A stretch of 56,688 bases of DNA, from NCBI GenBank assembly GCA_043798445.1, contig JAZDOQ010000018.1, positions 1 through 56,688 of the forward strand, written 5' to 3'. Each line of letters begins with the position of its first letter. Within the stretch, counting starts at the first letter, position 1. Positions 39,312-48,278 of this stretch are shown piece by piece. The stretch is from Candidatus Gottesmanbacteria bacterium (GTDB lineage Bacteria; Patescibacteriota; Microgenomatia; UBA10105; UBA927). The notes beneath the pieces are model-generated. The model saw only the letters and a list, made by a program, of their open reading frames with translations, ran no database searches and was not told the origin of the DNA. Made by a program: the position numbers and the translations under genes.

Positions 39312-39722
39312 TTATTTGATAGCGTTTTTTACCATTGAAGCTATATCCGTCAATAAGTGTTTGCTATCTTTTTCAACTACTGATTGTATCACACTGCCAC
39401 CGTCATCGGAAAACCGCGGTAATATATGAAAATGCATATGATGCACACCATATTGTTCTTTGTGGTTCATGCCAATTGTGAAGACTTCGGTTTTGTAGAC
39501 AACAGTTAATGCAGAAACAATTTTTTGCACAGTTGCCATCAGAACCATAAGTTCCTCAGGGTTATAGTCCTGAATCGCCCATCCGTGTTTTTTAAGGACG
39601 ACGACAACATGTCCCGGCGTTGAGGGAAAAATATCAAGAAATGCACGCGTCTTCTCATCTTCATACACCGTATACGATGGGGTTTCATTTGCAACAATCT
39701 GACAGAACAAACATTTATCCAT
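39312..39722 (-). CDS. HIT family hydrolase
   Basis: CLFC.I, AFLDI.P..PGH, HMHFHILPR. Confidence 0.93.
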   Translation of the reverse strand: MDKCLFCQIVANETPSYTVYEDEKTRAFLDIFPSTPGHVVVVLKKHGWAIQDYNPEELMVLMATVQKIVSALTVVYKTEVFTIGMNHKEQYGVHHMHFHILPRFSDDGGSVIQSVVEKDSKHLLTDIASMVKNAIK

Positions 39723-40539
39723 AGATCGCCTTTACTTCAAAAATAAGCTCATCTAATGTTAATTTCGTTGGTTTCATATCCGGATTTTTTGCTGATCCAT
39801 TAAGAAGCATGTGCTTGCTTGAGTGTAAAAACCACGTTGCATTTGCATCCTTTTTAAGAAAAACCTCATACAGAGATGTTAAATCAATTTCATCTTTTGG
39901 AATGGTTTTCACCTGCGCGTTCCCATTTTTTGGGTCTTTCCGAACGACAAACACATACCCCATTTTTTGTCCATAATGCACAACTTCGCGATTGATAGAC
40001 TCTATCCCAAATGCTTTTCCAAACTTCGTATCAAAAACAATCGCATGATCTTTGATATCTGCTTCAGCCCACACTTTGTTTTGAAACATTTTGTATGCGC
40101 CGTCTAAACAATCCATGACTGTATCCATCATTCCAACAGGATTATCGACCATGTTAAGCTGTAAACCATCGATAATAACAGGGAGCGACAAATCCCAAAA
40201 ATCAGCGGTTGGATTTGGAAAAAATACTTCCCTGAAATGATCAACATCATTGACCACATGAAGTAATCGTTCTAATGCTACATCCTTTTTTCCTAAGGAT
40301 TGATACACCAACAATGCCGCACACGTATCATCATTTCCCTGATGGTGGTCAAATTTCCCAAAACCCGTATCGACATGGATAACATCTGGATTGCTGTCAG
40401 GCTCCATCCCGTTTAGTGTCTTCCCAGCAGGAACAAATGCAATCGCTGCTTCTTTTAAATCCGGTATAAACGTCTTTAAAAGCCACACAGACGTAATGGC
40501 GTCTAAATCAGGAGCAAAATGGGTCACAATGGTTTTCAT
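39715..40539 (-). CDS. MYG1-like/DHH-fold putative exonuclease
   Basis: IVTH..PDLD, VDTG.G.FDHHQ. Confidence 0.6.
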   Translation of the reverse strand: MKTIVTHFAPDLDAITSVWLLKTFIPDLKEAAIAFVPAGKTLNGMEPDSNPDVIHVDTGFGKFDHHQGNDDTCAALLVYQSLGKKDVALERLLHVVNDVDHFREVFFPNPTADFWDLSLPVIIDGLQLNMVDNPVGMMDTVMDCLDGAYKMFQNKVWAEADIKDHAIVFDTKFGKAFGIESINREVVHYGQKMGYVFVVRKDPKNGNAQVKTIPKDEIDLTSLYEVFLKKDANATWFLHSSKHMLLNGSAKNPDMKPTKLTLDELIFEVKAIYG

Positions 40540-40586
40540 CGTACTTTTCAGTATATCGATTTTATCTTGATATAACAACACAACTA

Positions 40587-40619
40587 TTTAGCTTTCAAGG
40601 CCGGGCCTTGAAAACTAAA
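40587..40619. repeat. REP-like palindrome copy 1
   Basis: TTTAGCTTTCAAGGCC-G-GGCCTTGAAAACTAAA, upstream of the transposase. Confidence 0.85.
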
Positions 40620-40648
40620 GATACTTCAAATATTATAAAAATACATCT

Positions 40649-41260
40649 ATGGCATCAAGAAAAACCATCCTAGCATCTAAACAGTATTATCACATTTATA
40701 ATCGAGGTCATAATAAGCAACAAATTTTTCTTCAACAACATGACTACCGCCGCTATATCGAACGCATGGAAGAATATCTTGAAAAACACGAAATAACCAT
40801 TCTTGCGTATTGCTTGATGCCAAATCATGTTCATTTCCTTATTCGGCAGGATGGAAATGAAGCCACTCAACAATTTATTCATCGATTACATACTGCATAT
40901 ACGATGTTTTTCAACAAAAAATATGAGCGTGTTGGTTCTGTTTTTCAAGGAAGATTCAGGGCGCGAATGATTGATTCTGAAGGATATTTATTACATATCT
41001 CACGATACATTCATCAAAACCCGATTGACCTCTTTAGCTTCCAAGGCCGGGCCTTGAGCCTCAAAGATTATCCGTGGTCATCATATAGGTATTACACACA
41101 ACCATTATTTCCCTCACCGATTTGTAATACCTCTATTCTCTTAAATTATTTTTCAAAAACTCATAAACAAATGTCATATACAAATTTTGTTGAAGGTGAA
41201 ATAAAACAATTATTAAAATCTCCAGAAAAAATGGAAAAAATAAACAACGGAGACTTCTAA
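40649..41260 (+). mobile_element. REP-associated tyrosine transposase (RAYT, Y1_Tnp HUH family)
   Basis: YHIYNRG, AYCLMPNHVH (HUH), FQGRF, RYIHQNP (catalytic Tyr), YPWSSY. Confidence 0.92.
41032..41066. repeat. REP-like palindrome copy 2, in frame inside the transposase
   Basis: CTTTAGCTTCCAAGGCCGGGCCTTG; encodes FSFQGRAL. Confidence 0.8.
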
Positions 41261-41739
41261 ACTTTAGCTTCCAAGGCCTGGCCTTGGGCTATAAAACACC
41301 GAGGAAGAATAACGTCTTTGATATTTGGGTATAATGGAAGTCCTATTACATCCGCTTCTCCAATCCACTTCATATTGCAATATTCCCGCTCAGGAAATAC
41401 CGGTTTAAATTCTGGAACTATTATGACATACACAAAATCCATATGAATGTGTTTCGGTTTCCCTTCCCGGCCTGGAATGGATTCCTCAAACAAATAATCC
41501 GGAACTGGAAGCGAGGTCACTCGTTTATCAAGAATAATAGTTTTTGGCAAATACGCTGTCACATCAAATCCTGTTTCCTCTTTCACTTCCCGCACCAGAC
41601 ATTCTAAAGGATTTTCGTTCTCTTCCTGATGTCCACCAGGTGGTAACCACATCTGTAATTTTTGATGAAGTCCTAACAATACCTTCCGAGGCGCAGTATT
41701 TGTCAACAATACTGCTGTTGAAGTGTAATGTTTTAGCAT
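41257..41739 (-). CDS. NUDIX hydrolase
   Basis: PGGHQEENENPLECLVREVKEETG Nudix box. Confidence 0.93.
   Translation of the reverse strand: MLKHYTSTAVLLTNTAPRKVLLGLHQKLQMWLPPGGHQEENENPLECLVREVKEETGFDVTAYLPKTIILDKRVTSLPVPDYLFEESIPGREGKPKHIHMDFVYVIIVPEFKPVFPEREYCNMKWIGEADVIGLPLYPNIKDVILPRCFIAQGQALEAKV
41262..41295. repeat. REP-like palindrome copy 3, forming the NUDIX C-terminus
   Basis: CTTTAGCTTCCAAGGCCTGGCCTTGG. Confidence 0.8.
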
Positions 41740-41749
41740 AACAAAAAAC

Positions 41750-41782
41750 TAGCTTCGCAAGGCGTGGCCTTGCGAAGCTAAA
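41750..41782. repeat. REP-like palindrome copy 4 (reverse orientation)
   Basis: TAGCTTCGCAAGGC-GTG-GCCTTGCGAAGCTA, a perfect 14-bp stem next to the proS stop. Confidence 0.85.
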
Positions 41783-43243
41783 TTAATAGCTTTGGCCGAA
41801 TATCCAGCGGTGTGTTGCAGGTTTACCACAATGGATACAAACCCCCTCCTCGGCGGGCAGGCTTTTATCTTCTTTTGCATCAAGAGGAAGGCAACGTGTT
41901 GTTGCTTTTGTCTCATTTTTGATTTCTTTTTCGCAACCCGCATCTTCACACCAGAACGCCTTCAAAAACCCCTTTGTTGACGCCATTATGTTCTTGAATT
42001 CATCATACGATGAAACATCAAACGTATGGCTTTTTAAAAATGCTTTTTGCTTTTCAAATAGTCGCGTTTGCATTGCAGCAAGTTCGTCATCAATTTGCAT
42101 GATGCATTCTTTCCATGCCATGGTCTTTTTCTCACCGATATCACGAAACACCAAGGTCACCGTTTCTTCATCTGTTTCCTTAACCCCAATTTCAATGCGA
42201 ATTGGCACGCCTTTCATCTCCCACTTGTTAAATTTCCGACCCGGACTGTCATCAGAATCGTCAAGATGCACACGAATCTGCTCCGACAACAATGCTTGGT
42301 ATACACGGTCTACAAACGCGGATTGATCTTTTTTTGATGTTTGTTTTGTAGAAAGAATAGGAACTATAACTACCTGTATAGGCGCAACTTTTGGCGGTAG
42401 GATAAGACCTGCGTCGTCCCCGTGTGTCAAAAACAGTCCGCCAAGCGCTCTTGTTGACATTCCCCAGGAAGTCTGCCATGCATATTCCAGCTTTTTCTCC
42501 TTGTCCTGAAACTGAATACCAAAGACTTTTGAAAAGTTCTGCCCTAAATCATGCGATGTTGCTGACTGCAGTGCTTTTCCATCCGGCATTAAGATTTCGA
42601 CCGTATATGTACGTGCTGCACCTGCAAATTGCTCAGTTTTGCTTTTGCTTCCAAGCATAACTGGAAGTGCAAAATAATCTTCAAAAATCTGCCGATACCA
42701 TTCATGAGCCTTCAATGCAAACGAAACTGCTTCTTCATGCGTTGCATGTGCGGTATGTCCTTCCTGCCACAAAAACTCTGTGGTCCGCAAAAAAAGATAG
42801 GTTCGCTTTTCCCATCTCACGATATTGCACCATTGGTTAAGAAGCAGTGGTAAATCCCGCCAACTCTTCACCCACTTGGCAAACATGGAATACATTATGG
42901 TTTCTGACGTTGGACGAACGACGAGCGGTTCTGCAAGTTTTTCTCCTCCCGCATGCGTCACAACCGCAAGCTCAGGTGAAAATCCTTCTACATGTTCTTT
43001 TTCCTTTTCAAGAAGGGACATGGGGATAAACATGGGAAAGTATGCATTTTCAACACCAGCCGGCTTGATCATTCCATCAAAAATTCGCTGTACGGTCTCC
43101 CAAATGGCATACCCGTATGGCCGAATGACCATAGTCCCCTTTACCGGACCATAATCTGCAAGCTCAGCCTTCAAGACGATATCGTTATACCAATTGGAGA
43201 TATTGTCTGATTTTTTCTTCACTTCTTTTTTATCAAATGCCAT
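41783..43243 (-). CDS. proS: Proline--tRNA ligase (archaeal/eukaryal type)
   Basis: VRPTSET, NQW.N.VRWE, FLRTTEFLWQEGH, C-terminal zinc domain ending SY. Confidence 0.97.
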   Translation of the reverse strand: MAFDKKEVKKKSDNISNWYNDIVLKAELADYGPVKGTMVIRPYGYAIWETVQRIFDGMIKPAGVENAYFPMFIPMSLLEKEKEHVEGFSPELAVVTHAGGEKLAEPLVVRPTSETIMYSMFAKWVKSWRDLPLLLNQWCNIVRWEKRTYLFLRTTEFLWQEGHTAHATHEEAVSFALKAHEWYRQIFEDYFALPVMLGSKSKTEQFAGAARTYTVEILMPDGKALQSATSHDLGQNFSKVFGIQFQDKEKKLEYAWQTSWGMSTRALGGLFLTHGDDAGLILPPKVAPIQVVIVPILSTKQTSKKDQSAFVDRVYQALLSEQIRVHLDDSDDSPGRKFNKWEMKGVPIRIEIGVKETDEETVTLVFRDIGEKKTMAWKECIMQIDDELAAMQTRLFEKQKAFLKSHTFDVSSYDEFKNIMASTKGFLKAFWCEDAGCEKEIKNETKATTRCLPLDAKEDKSLPAEEGVCIHCGKPATHRWIFGQSY

Positions 43244-43267
43244 ATAAGTAAAAGTATATCCGATAGA

Positions 43268-44371
43268 CTATCCCCTCACAATCCGAAGAATATCATTGAC
43301 CGTCACAAGGAGAATAAGCGCTAAAAGAATAATCATGCCGATCTGATGCACCATCCGCTCAACAGCAGGTCGTGCTTTCTTCCCAAACTTGTCAGCAATG
43401 ACAAAAACAAGCCGTCCACCGTCTAAAGCCGGAAATGGCAAAATATTTAACACAGCAAGATTAAGAGACAGGATGCTCATAAACTCCAACACTGCTTCAA
43501 ACCCATATTTCACTGCCTGACCGGTCACTTGTGCAATTCCGATTGGTCCTGCAATCTCACCTCCTGCAATCCGCTGTCCTGTCACGAGTTTTGCAATCAC
43601 TGCTCCTAAGGACGAAAGCATCATCCATACTCGCTCTCCATTAATCTTCACTGCCATCCATGGAGTTTTAGATAACGGATATTTATGTTTTTCTAAATTC
43701 GAAACAGCAACACCTAACGGTCCTTCTCCTTTTGGCGGATCTGTACGCGGAACAAGCGTGACGGTCAGTAAAGTACCGTTTCGGATAATAGAAAGGGTTA
43801 TTGGCATACCAGTGTGAGTTTTGACAACCTCAATCAACTCCTCAGGTGTTTGCAGATTTTTTGTTTGAATGACAGGTCCTTCAGCAAATTGAATGGAAGA
43901 TACGATATCCTTTTCTTGAAGTCCAGCAGCGGCAGCTGGACTGTTCGGGCTAATTGTCTCAATATGAACAATTTTTGTTTGTTCAATAATTCCGCGCGTC
44001 AACAAAAATGCGGTAATTACAACCGCAAGCAAAAAATTCATAAACACACCCGCGGAAAGAATGAGTGCGCGTTGCCCACGTGACTTTGCCCAAAAATAGC
44101 GACTTCGTTCTTCAGTTGTTGTTGCTTTTTGTTTTTCTTTATCAACATCTTCCCTGTCCTCACCTGCCAGTTTTACAAATCCGCCAATGGGAAGCCAGTT
44201 CACAGAGTACACCGTTCCTTTTATTTTTTTGCCCCAAATCCGGGGAGGAAGTCCAAATCCAAACTCTTCAACATGAACACCAAAAAACCTGGCAACGGTG
44301 TAATGCCCAAACTCGTGGATCATGACGAGGATGCTTAAAATGGCAATGAATATAATTGCTGTAAGAAACAT
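43268..44371 (-). CDS. rseP: RseP-like M50 intramembrane metalloprotease with PDZ
   Basis: HEFGH, PIGGFV, AGVFMN, NILPFPALDGG. Confidence 0.93.
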   Translation of the reverse strand: MFLTAIIFIAILSILVMIHEFGHYTVARFFGVHVEEFGFGLPPRIWGKKIKGTVYSVNWLPIGGFVKLAGEDREDVDKEKQKATTTEERSRYFWAKSRGQRALILSAGVFMNFLLAVVITAFLLTRGIIEQTKIVHIETISPNSPAAAAGLQEKDIVSSIQFAEGPVIQTKNLQTPEELIEVVKTHTGMPITLSIIRNGTLLTVTLVPRTDPPKGEGPLGVAVSNLEKHKYPLSKTPWMAVKINGERVWMMLSSLGAVIAKLVTGQRIAGGEIAGPIGIAQVTGQAVKYGFEAVLEFMSILSLNLAVLNILPFPALDGGRLVFVIADKFGKKARPAVERMVHQIGMIILLALILLVTVNDILRIVRG

Positions 44372-44380
44372 AAAAAAGGA

Positions 44381-44944
44381 TTAGACTTGCATGAGTTCTA
44401 CTTCTTTTCTTTCCCCCAAACTGTCAACTTCCGAAATCATTTCATCGGTGAGTTCCTGCACCTTTTTCTCACCAACTTTTTGTTGGTCTTCCGTAATCAC
44501 TGCGTTTTCTGCTTCCCGTTTTAAATCTTTCATCGCTTCCTGACGAATCTGACGGACCATAATCCGGCCGCCTTCAAGTTTCGTTCTTGCAAGCTTGATA
44601 TAGTCTTCACGCTGTTCTTGATTCATCGGAGGAATCGTAATACGGATGACTTCGCCATCAAACACGGGAGTTAACCCCGTTCCCTCTGTTTGAATGCTTT
44701 TGACAATATCCTGTGCGACCGACGGGTCGTATGGAGTAATAACAATAGTTTTTGCGTCAGGTACTCCAATCGTTGCCATCTCCTGAAGCTTCAATTTCTG
44801 TGTTCCTTCGTACGCAGTGATAACAATATTCTCAACCAATGCCCCTGTTGCCCGCCCTGACCTAATTGACGAAAGATCCGTGCGGGTAATCTCTATTGCT
44901 TTACGCATTTTCCCCTGCGCAAGGGATAGGATGATGTCTATCAT
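44381..44944 (-). CDS. frr: Ribosome recycling factor
   Basis: IRSGRA, I.PYD, DG..IRI.IPP, R.IR. Confidence 0.95.
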   Translation of the reverse strand: MIDIILSLAQGKMRKAIEITRTDLSSIRSGRATGALVENIVITAYEGTQKLKLQEMATIGVPDAKTIVITPYDPSVAQDIVKSIQTEGTGLTPVFDGEVIRITIPPMNQEQREDYIKLARTKLEGGRIMVRQIRQEAMKDLKREAENAVITEDQQKVGEKKVQELTDEMISEVDSLGERKEVELMQV

Positions 44945-45003
44945 AGTGACTCTATACTACGAGAAACGACGCGGGACAGTCAAGGAGATCAAGCTGCTTC
45001 GAG

Positions 45004-45462
45004 CTACCCGCCAAGCTGCATACGGGTAAATTGCGTGACGGTAATATTTTCACCAATTGTTGCAATGGTTTGCTTTATAAGATCCTGCATCGTGGTTTTT
45101 CCGTCACGGATATATGCGCTTTCCAGGAGTTCCTTCACATCGTTTGGTTTCATCGCAGCAATTTGAAGCGCAAGCTCATGCGCAAGTTTTTTAAACGCTT
45201 CATTTTTTGCCACAAAATCTGTCTCACAACGGACCTCAACGAGCACACCAACTTTCCCGTTTGCATGCACATAGGATTCAATGATACCGGCAGCTGTTTC
45301 CCTGTCACCTTTTTTTGCTGCCTTTTCAATACCCCGCTCTTTTAATAACTTTTTTGCTTTCTTGTGGTCGCCAGCTGCATCAACAAGTGCCTGCTTGCAG
45401 TCAGCTACTCCAGCTTGCGTTTCTTCACGAAGTTTTTTTAGTGTATCAAGAGAAAAGTTCAT
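45004..45462 (-). CDS. tsf: Elongation factor Ts (short form)
   Basis: LREETQAG..DCK.AL, EVRCETDFVAK, GENI. Confidence 0.95.
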   Translation of the reverse strand: MNFSLDTLKKLREETQAGVADCKQALVDAAGDHKKAKKLLKERGIEKAAKKGDRETAAGIIESYVHANGKVGVLVEVRCETDFVAKNEAFKKLAHELALQIAAMKPNDVKELLESAYIRDGKTTMQDLIKQTIATIGENITVTQFTRMQLGG

Positions 45463-45464
45463 AG

Positions 45465-46313
45465 TTATATAGATACGGGTGTTGCTGCTGTTTTTTTAGT
45501 TATCGGTTTTTTAATCTCTTTTGCTTTTTCTTTAACCACTTCTTTTTTTTCTTCGGATTTTACGAGCTTTGCTTCCTCTTTTTTCTTTTGCATTTCAACC
45601 TTTTCCTGGTTGTCAGCTGCCATTTTTAACGCTGCCGCCCTGCCTTCTTCATACGCATCAGCAATGGTTTTCGTGATAAACGTAACCGAACCGACTGCAT
45701 CGTCATTTGCCGGAATAACATGCGTAATTCCTGTTGGATCTGAATTGGTATCAACGATAGCAACGATTGGAATTCCCATGCGAAGCCCTTCCCGAACTGC
45801 TGCGATTTCTTTCTTCACGTCAATGATAAACAGTGCCTGCGGTGGAACATTGAGTGTAAGTACGCCGCCGTAGAACATCTTGAGTCTCCGTACATACCGG
45901 GAAAGTTTCATTTGTTCATGCTTTGGAAATTTTTTCCATTTTCCCGTTGCTTCTTCTTCATCCAGCCGGATAATTTTTTGGATATTTTTGTGAATCCCAT
46001 CCCAGTTGGTCAAGAATCCGCCGATCCACCGCTCAATAATATACGGAGCAGTAACTCGGGTTGCTTCTTCTTTCACAATGCCTTTTGCCTGTCTTTTTGT
46101 ACCGACAAACAAAATTTCACTGCCTGAAGCGACCAAATCTCTTACGAAGGTGGCAGATTTTTCTAGACCTGTCTTTGTTTTTGCAAGATCAATAATATGA
46201 ATTCCGTCTTTTTTAATATAGATAAATTGAGACGCCTTTGGGTGCCACCGTTCTGACTTATGACCAAAATGACATCCTGCTTCAAGTAAATCCTGCAACG
46301 TTATATCTTTCAT
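45465..46313 (-). CDS. rpsB: 30S ribosomal protein S2
   Basis: LLEAGCHFGH, FVGTK, RWIGG.LTN, IPANDDA. Confidence 0.98.
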   Translation of the reverse strand: MKDITLQDLLEAGCHFGHKSERWHPKASQFIYIKKDGIHIIDLAKTKTGLEKSATFVRDLVASGSEILFVGTKRQAKGIVKEEATRVTAPYIIERWIGGFLTNWDGIHKNIQKIIRLDEEEATGKWKKFPKHEQMKLSRYVRRLKMFYGGVLTLNVPPQALFIIDVKKEIAAVREGLRMGIPIVAIVDTNSDPTGITHVIPANDDAVGSVTFITKTIADAYEEGRAAALKMAADNQEKVEMQKKKEEAKLVKSEEKKEVVKEKAKEIKKPITKKTAATPVSI

Positions 46314-46472
46314 ATCGCTTCTCTCTCCTTAAACAACAAAAGCACCGATACGCTGGTGCTTTTTATGCAAATACCTATGCGTATCTTCTTATTCCTCCGC
46401 TTGTTTCGTCCCACTTCGCCAAAGGCTGCGCGGGAAGAAGATACTAATAAACCAAGCGTGTGTGATACAGGA
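46314..46472 (-). promoter_or_regulatory. rpsB 5' leader (S2 leader/t44-like RNA)
   Basis: TGgTATACT promoter just upstream; CACACACGCTTG...CAAGCGGAGG resembles the conserved CACACAC..GGAGG S2-leader elements. Confidence 0.65.
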
Positions 46473-46491
46473 GAGTATACCAAAATACCTG

Positions 46492-47253
46492 CTATTTCGC
46501 AATAAACGGTTTTGGACGAGGAAGTGAGGCTAACACCCCATGCATAGATTCCTGAAAATGAACATAATCTGTCGGTGGGAATTCCAAAAAAATAGACGCC
46601 TTATCCTGCTGTTTAAATTCTGTCTGAACCGGTTTTTCTACTTTTGAATGTGCTTTGGCATATTTCATCGCAATATTTGCTCCAGTAATCGAGCGTTCTA
46701 ATTGATCTTTCGTCATGTCAGGGTTCACAAATAATCCACCAATCGAGACGGTCGGAATAACACCCCCATCCGTCTTGTAATTTCCTCCGCTGAATATTTT
46801 TGCAAGACGATTCCCTACTTCATCAAGTTCTTCATTAGAATGAATATCTTTTAGTAAAACAACAAACTCATCCCCACCAGGACGAAATGTTTCACTTTTT
46901 TTATCATCAAGATTTTTTGTCAATAATCTGGCCGTTTGCCGCACATATTCATCCCCATATTCTTGAGATAACGCTTTATTTATTTTCCCAAATCCGTTGC
47001 CATCAATAAAAAGAAAACCGATATTTCGAACATCGTCGTTCAACAACTGCTCCATCCGTTCATCTAATAAACGCCGTGTTCCAACACCTGTTAACACATC
47101 GACAGCCGCTCGTTTTTCAAGAAGCCGAACATAATTATCTGGATGGTAATCTGGACGAAGCCGATCTTCGTTTGGATCTTTTATGATTGCAGCTGCCCAT
47201 GCATCATGTTCTGCTTCAATATCACTTGGTATTTCAATCGTCGAATCTGACAT
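46492..47253 (-). CDS. GGDEF-domain protein (putative diguanylate cyclase)
   Basis: D.LTG, ID.NGF.KIN, GD, RPGGDEF, TVSIG, AM..AK. Confidence 0.85.
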   Translation of the reverse strand: MSDSTIEIPSDIEAEHDAWAAAIIKDPNEDRLRPDYHPDNYVRLLEKRAAVDVLTGVGTRRLLDERMEQLLNDDVRNIGFLFIDGNGFGKINKALSQEYGDEYVRQTARLLTKNLDDKKSETFRPGGDEFVVLLKDIHSNEELDEVGNRLAKIFSGGNYKTDGGVIPTVSIGGLFVNPDMTKDQLERSITGANIAMKYAKAHSKVEKPVQTEFKQQDKASIFLEFPPTDYVHFQESMHGVLASLPRPKPFIAK

Positions 47254-47257
47254 ATAT

Positions 47258-48091
47258 TTATTTTATAATAGCAGGAACCATCCATTGCTTCTTTGTCTTC
47301 TTTTTTTCTTTGTCCCAACCGTTAAGAATGTGTACTGCAAGAGACGCAACATGACCTGCCCGTTTTTGATATTCATCCGTAATTTCAAATTCATTGGTGA
47401 CCCGATTGGCAATAACGGTACACACGGCTCCCGCCCGTTTTCCGAACAGACTTGCAAGCGTAAAGAGACAGGAGGCTTCCATCTCAAAATTCTGAACGCC
47501 TGCAATTTGCATATCCTTCAATAGATGTGCTTTATGACTTGGAAAATAGTCTTTGTATCCGAACCTTCCTTGTCCGCAATAAAACGTATCTGTAGATGCG
47601 GTTATACCAACATGATGCGGAATCTTCAGCGTATCTGCCGCAGCAATCAAGGCCATCACAATCTCAAACTGCGCAACCGCAGGATATTCAGGAATCACAT
47701 AGTCACGACTGGCTCCGTCGAGCCTGACAGCACCGGTTGAAATGATAACGTCACCTAATTTTTGGTTTTTTTGAATGCCTCCGCATGTCCCCACGCGAAT
47801 GAATGTATCAACATCAATTCTCGACAGTTCTTCAACGGCAATCGCAAGCGAAGGAGCTCCAATCCCTGTTGAAGTACAGGAAATCGGGGTTCCCTGCATA
47901 ACGCCGGTCATAGTGTGATATTCCCGGTGATTTGCAACTTCATAAGCGCTATCCCAGAGTGATGCAATTTTTCCGACACGTGCCGGGTCACCCGGAAGAA
48001 GAACACATCGGGCAACGTCCTTTACTCCACAATCAATATGATACTGTTTCCCTTTAATAACGGGTGCTTTTGCTGATATTTTTTTTGTCAT
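47258..48091 (-). CDS. udp: Uridine phosphorylase
   Basis: LLPGDP.RV, HREY, STGIG.PS, IRVGTCG, FY.GQGR, NFEME. Confidence 0.92.
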   Translation of the reverse strand: MTKKISAKAPVIKGKQYHIDCGVKDVARCVLLPGDPARVGKIASLWDSAYEVANHREYHTMTGVMQGTPISCTSTGIGAPSLAIAVEELSRIDVDTFIRVGTCGGIQKNQKLGDVIISTGAVRLDGASRDYVIPEYPAVAQFEIVMALIAAADTLKIPHHVGITASTDTFYCGQGRFGYKDYFPSHKAHLLKDMQIAGVQNFEMEASCLFTLASLFGKRAGAVCTVIANRVTNEFEITDEYQKRAGHVASLAVHILNGWDKEKKKTKKQWMVPAIIK

Positions 48092-48093
48092 AG

Positions 48094-48255
48094 TTATTCA
48101 CCTTCTGCTAAGGTCGCAGGTTGTGGTTCATGATCGTCAACTAATCGATCAATAATTCCGAGGTCTGGATGTTCCACATGCTCTGATGGATATTCTGCGC
48201 CACTTTCTCCAACGACAATATTTGAGTTTTTTACTCCAGGATCACCTTCGTTCAT
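48094..48255 (-). CDS. Small acidic 53-aa protein (MNEGDPGVK...TLAEGE), absent from the ORF track
   Basis: SD AAAGGAGG 6 nt upstream of ATG; stop 2 nt before the udp start. Confidence 0.6.
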   Translation of the reverse strand: MNEGDPGVKNSNIVVGESGAEYPSEHVEHPDLGIIDRLVDDHEPQPATLAEGE

Positions 48256-48278
48256 GTTTTTCCTCCTTTATATATACA

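Noticed and set aside
40587-41782. Repeated palindromes as a CRISPR array
   Set aside because: Irregular spacing of hundreds of nt, mixed orientation, copies inside genes and no cas genes
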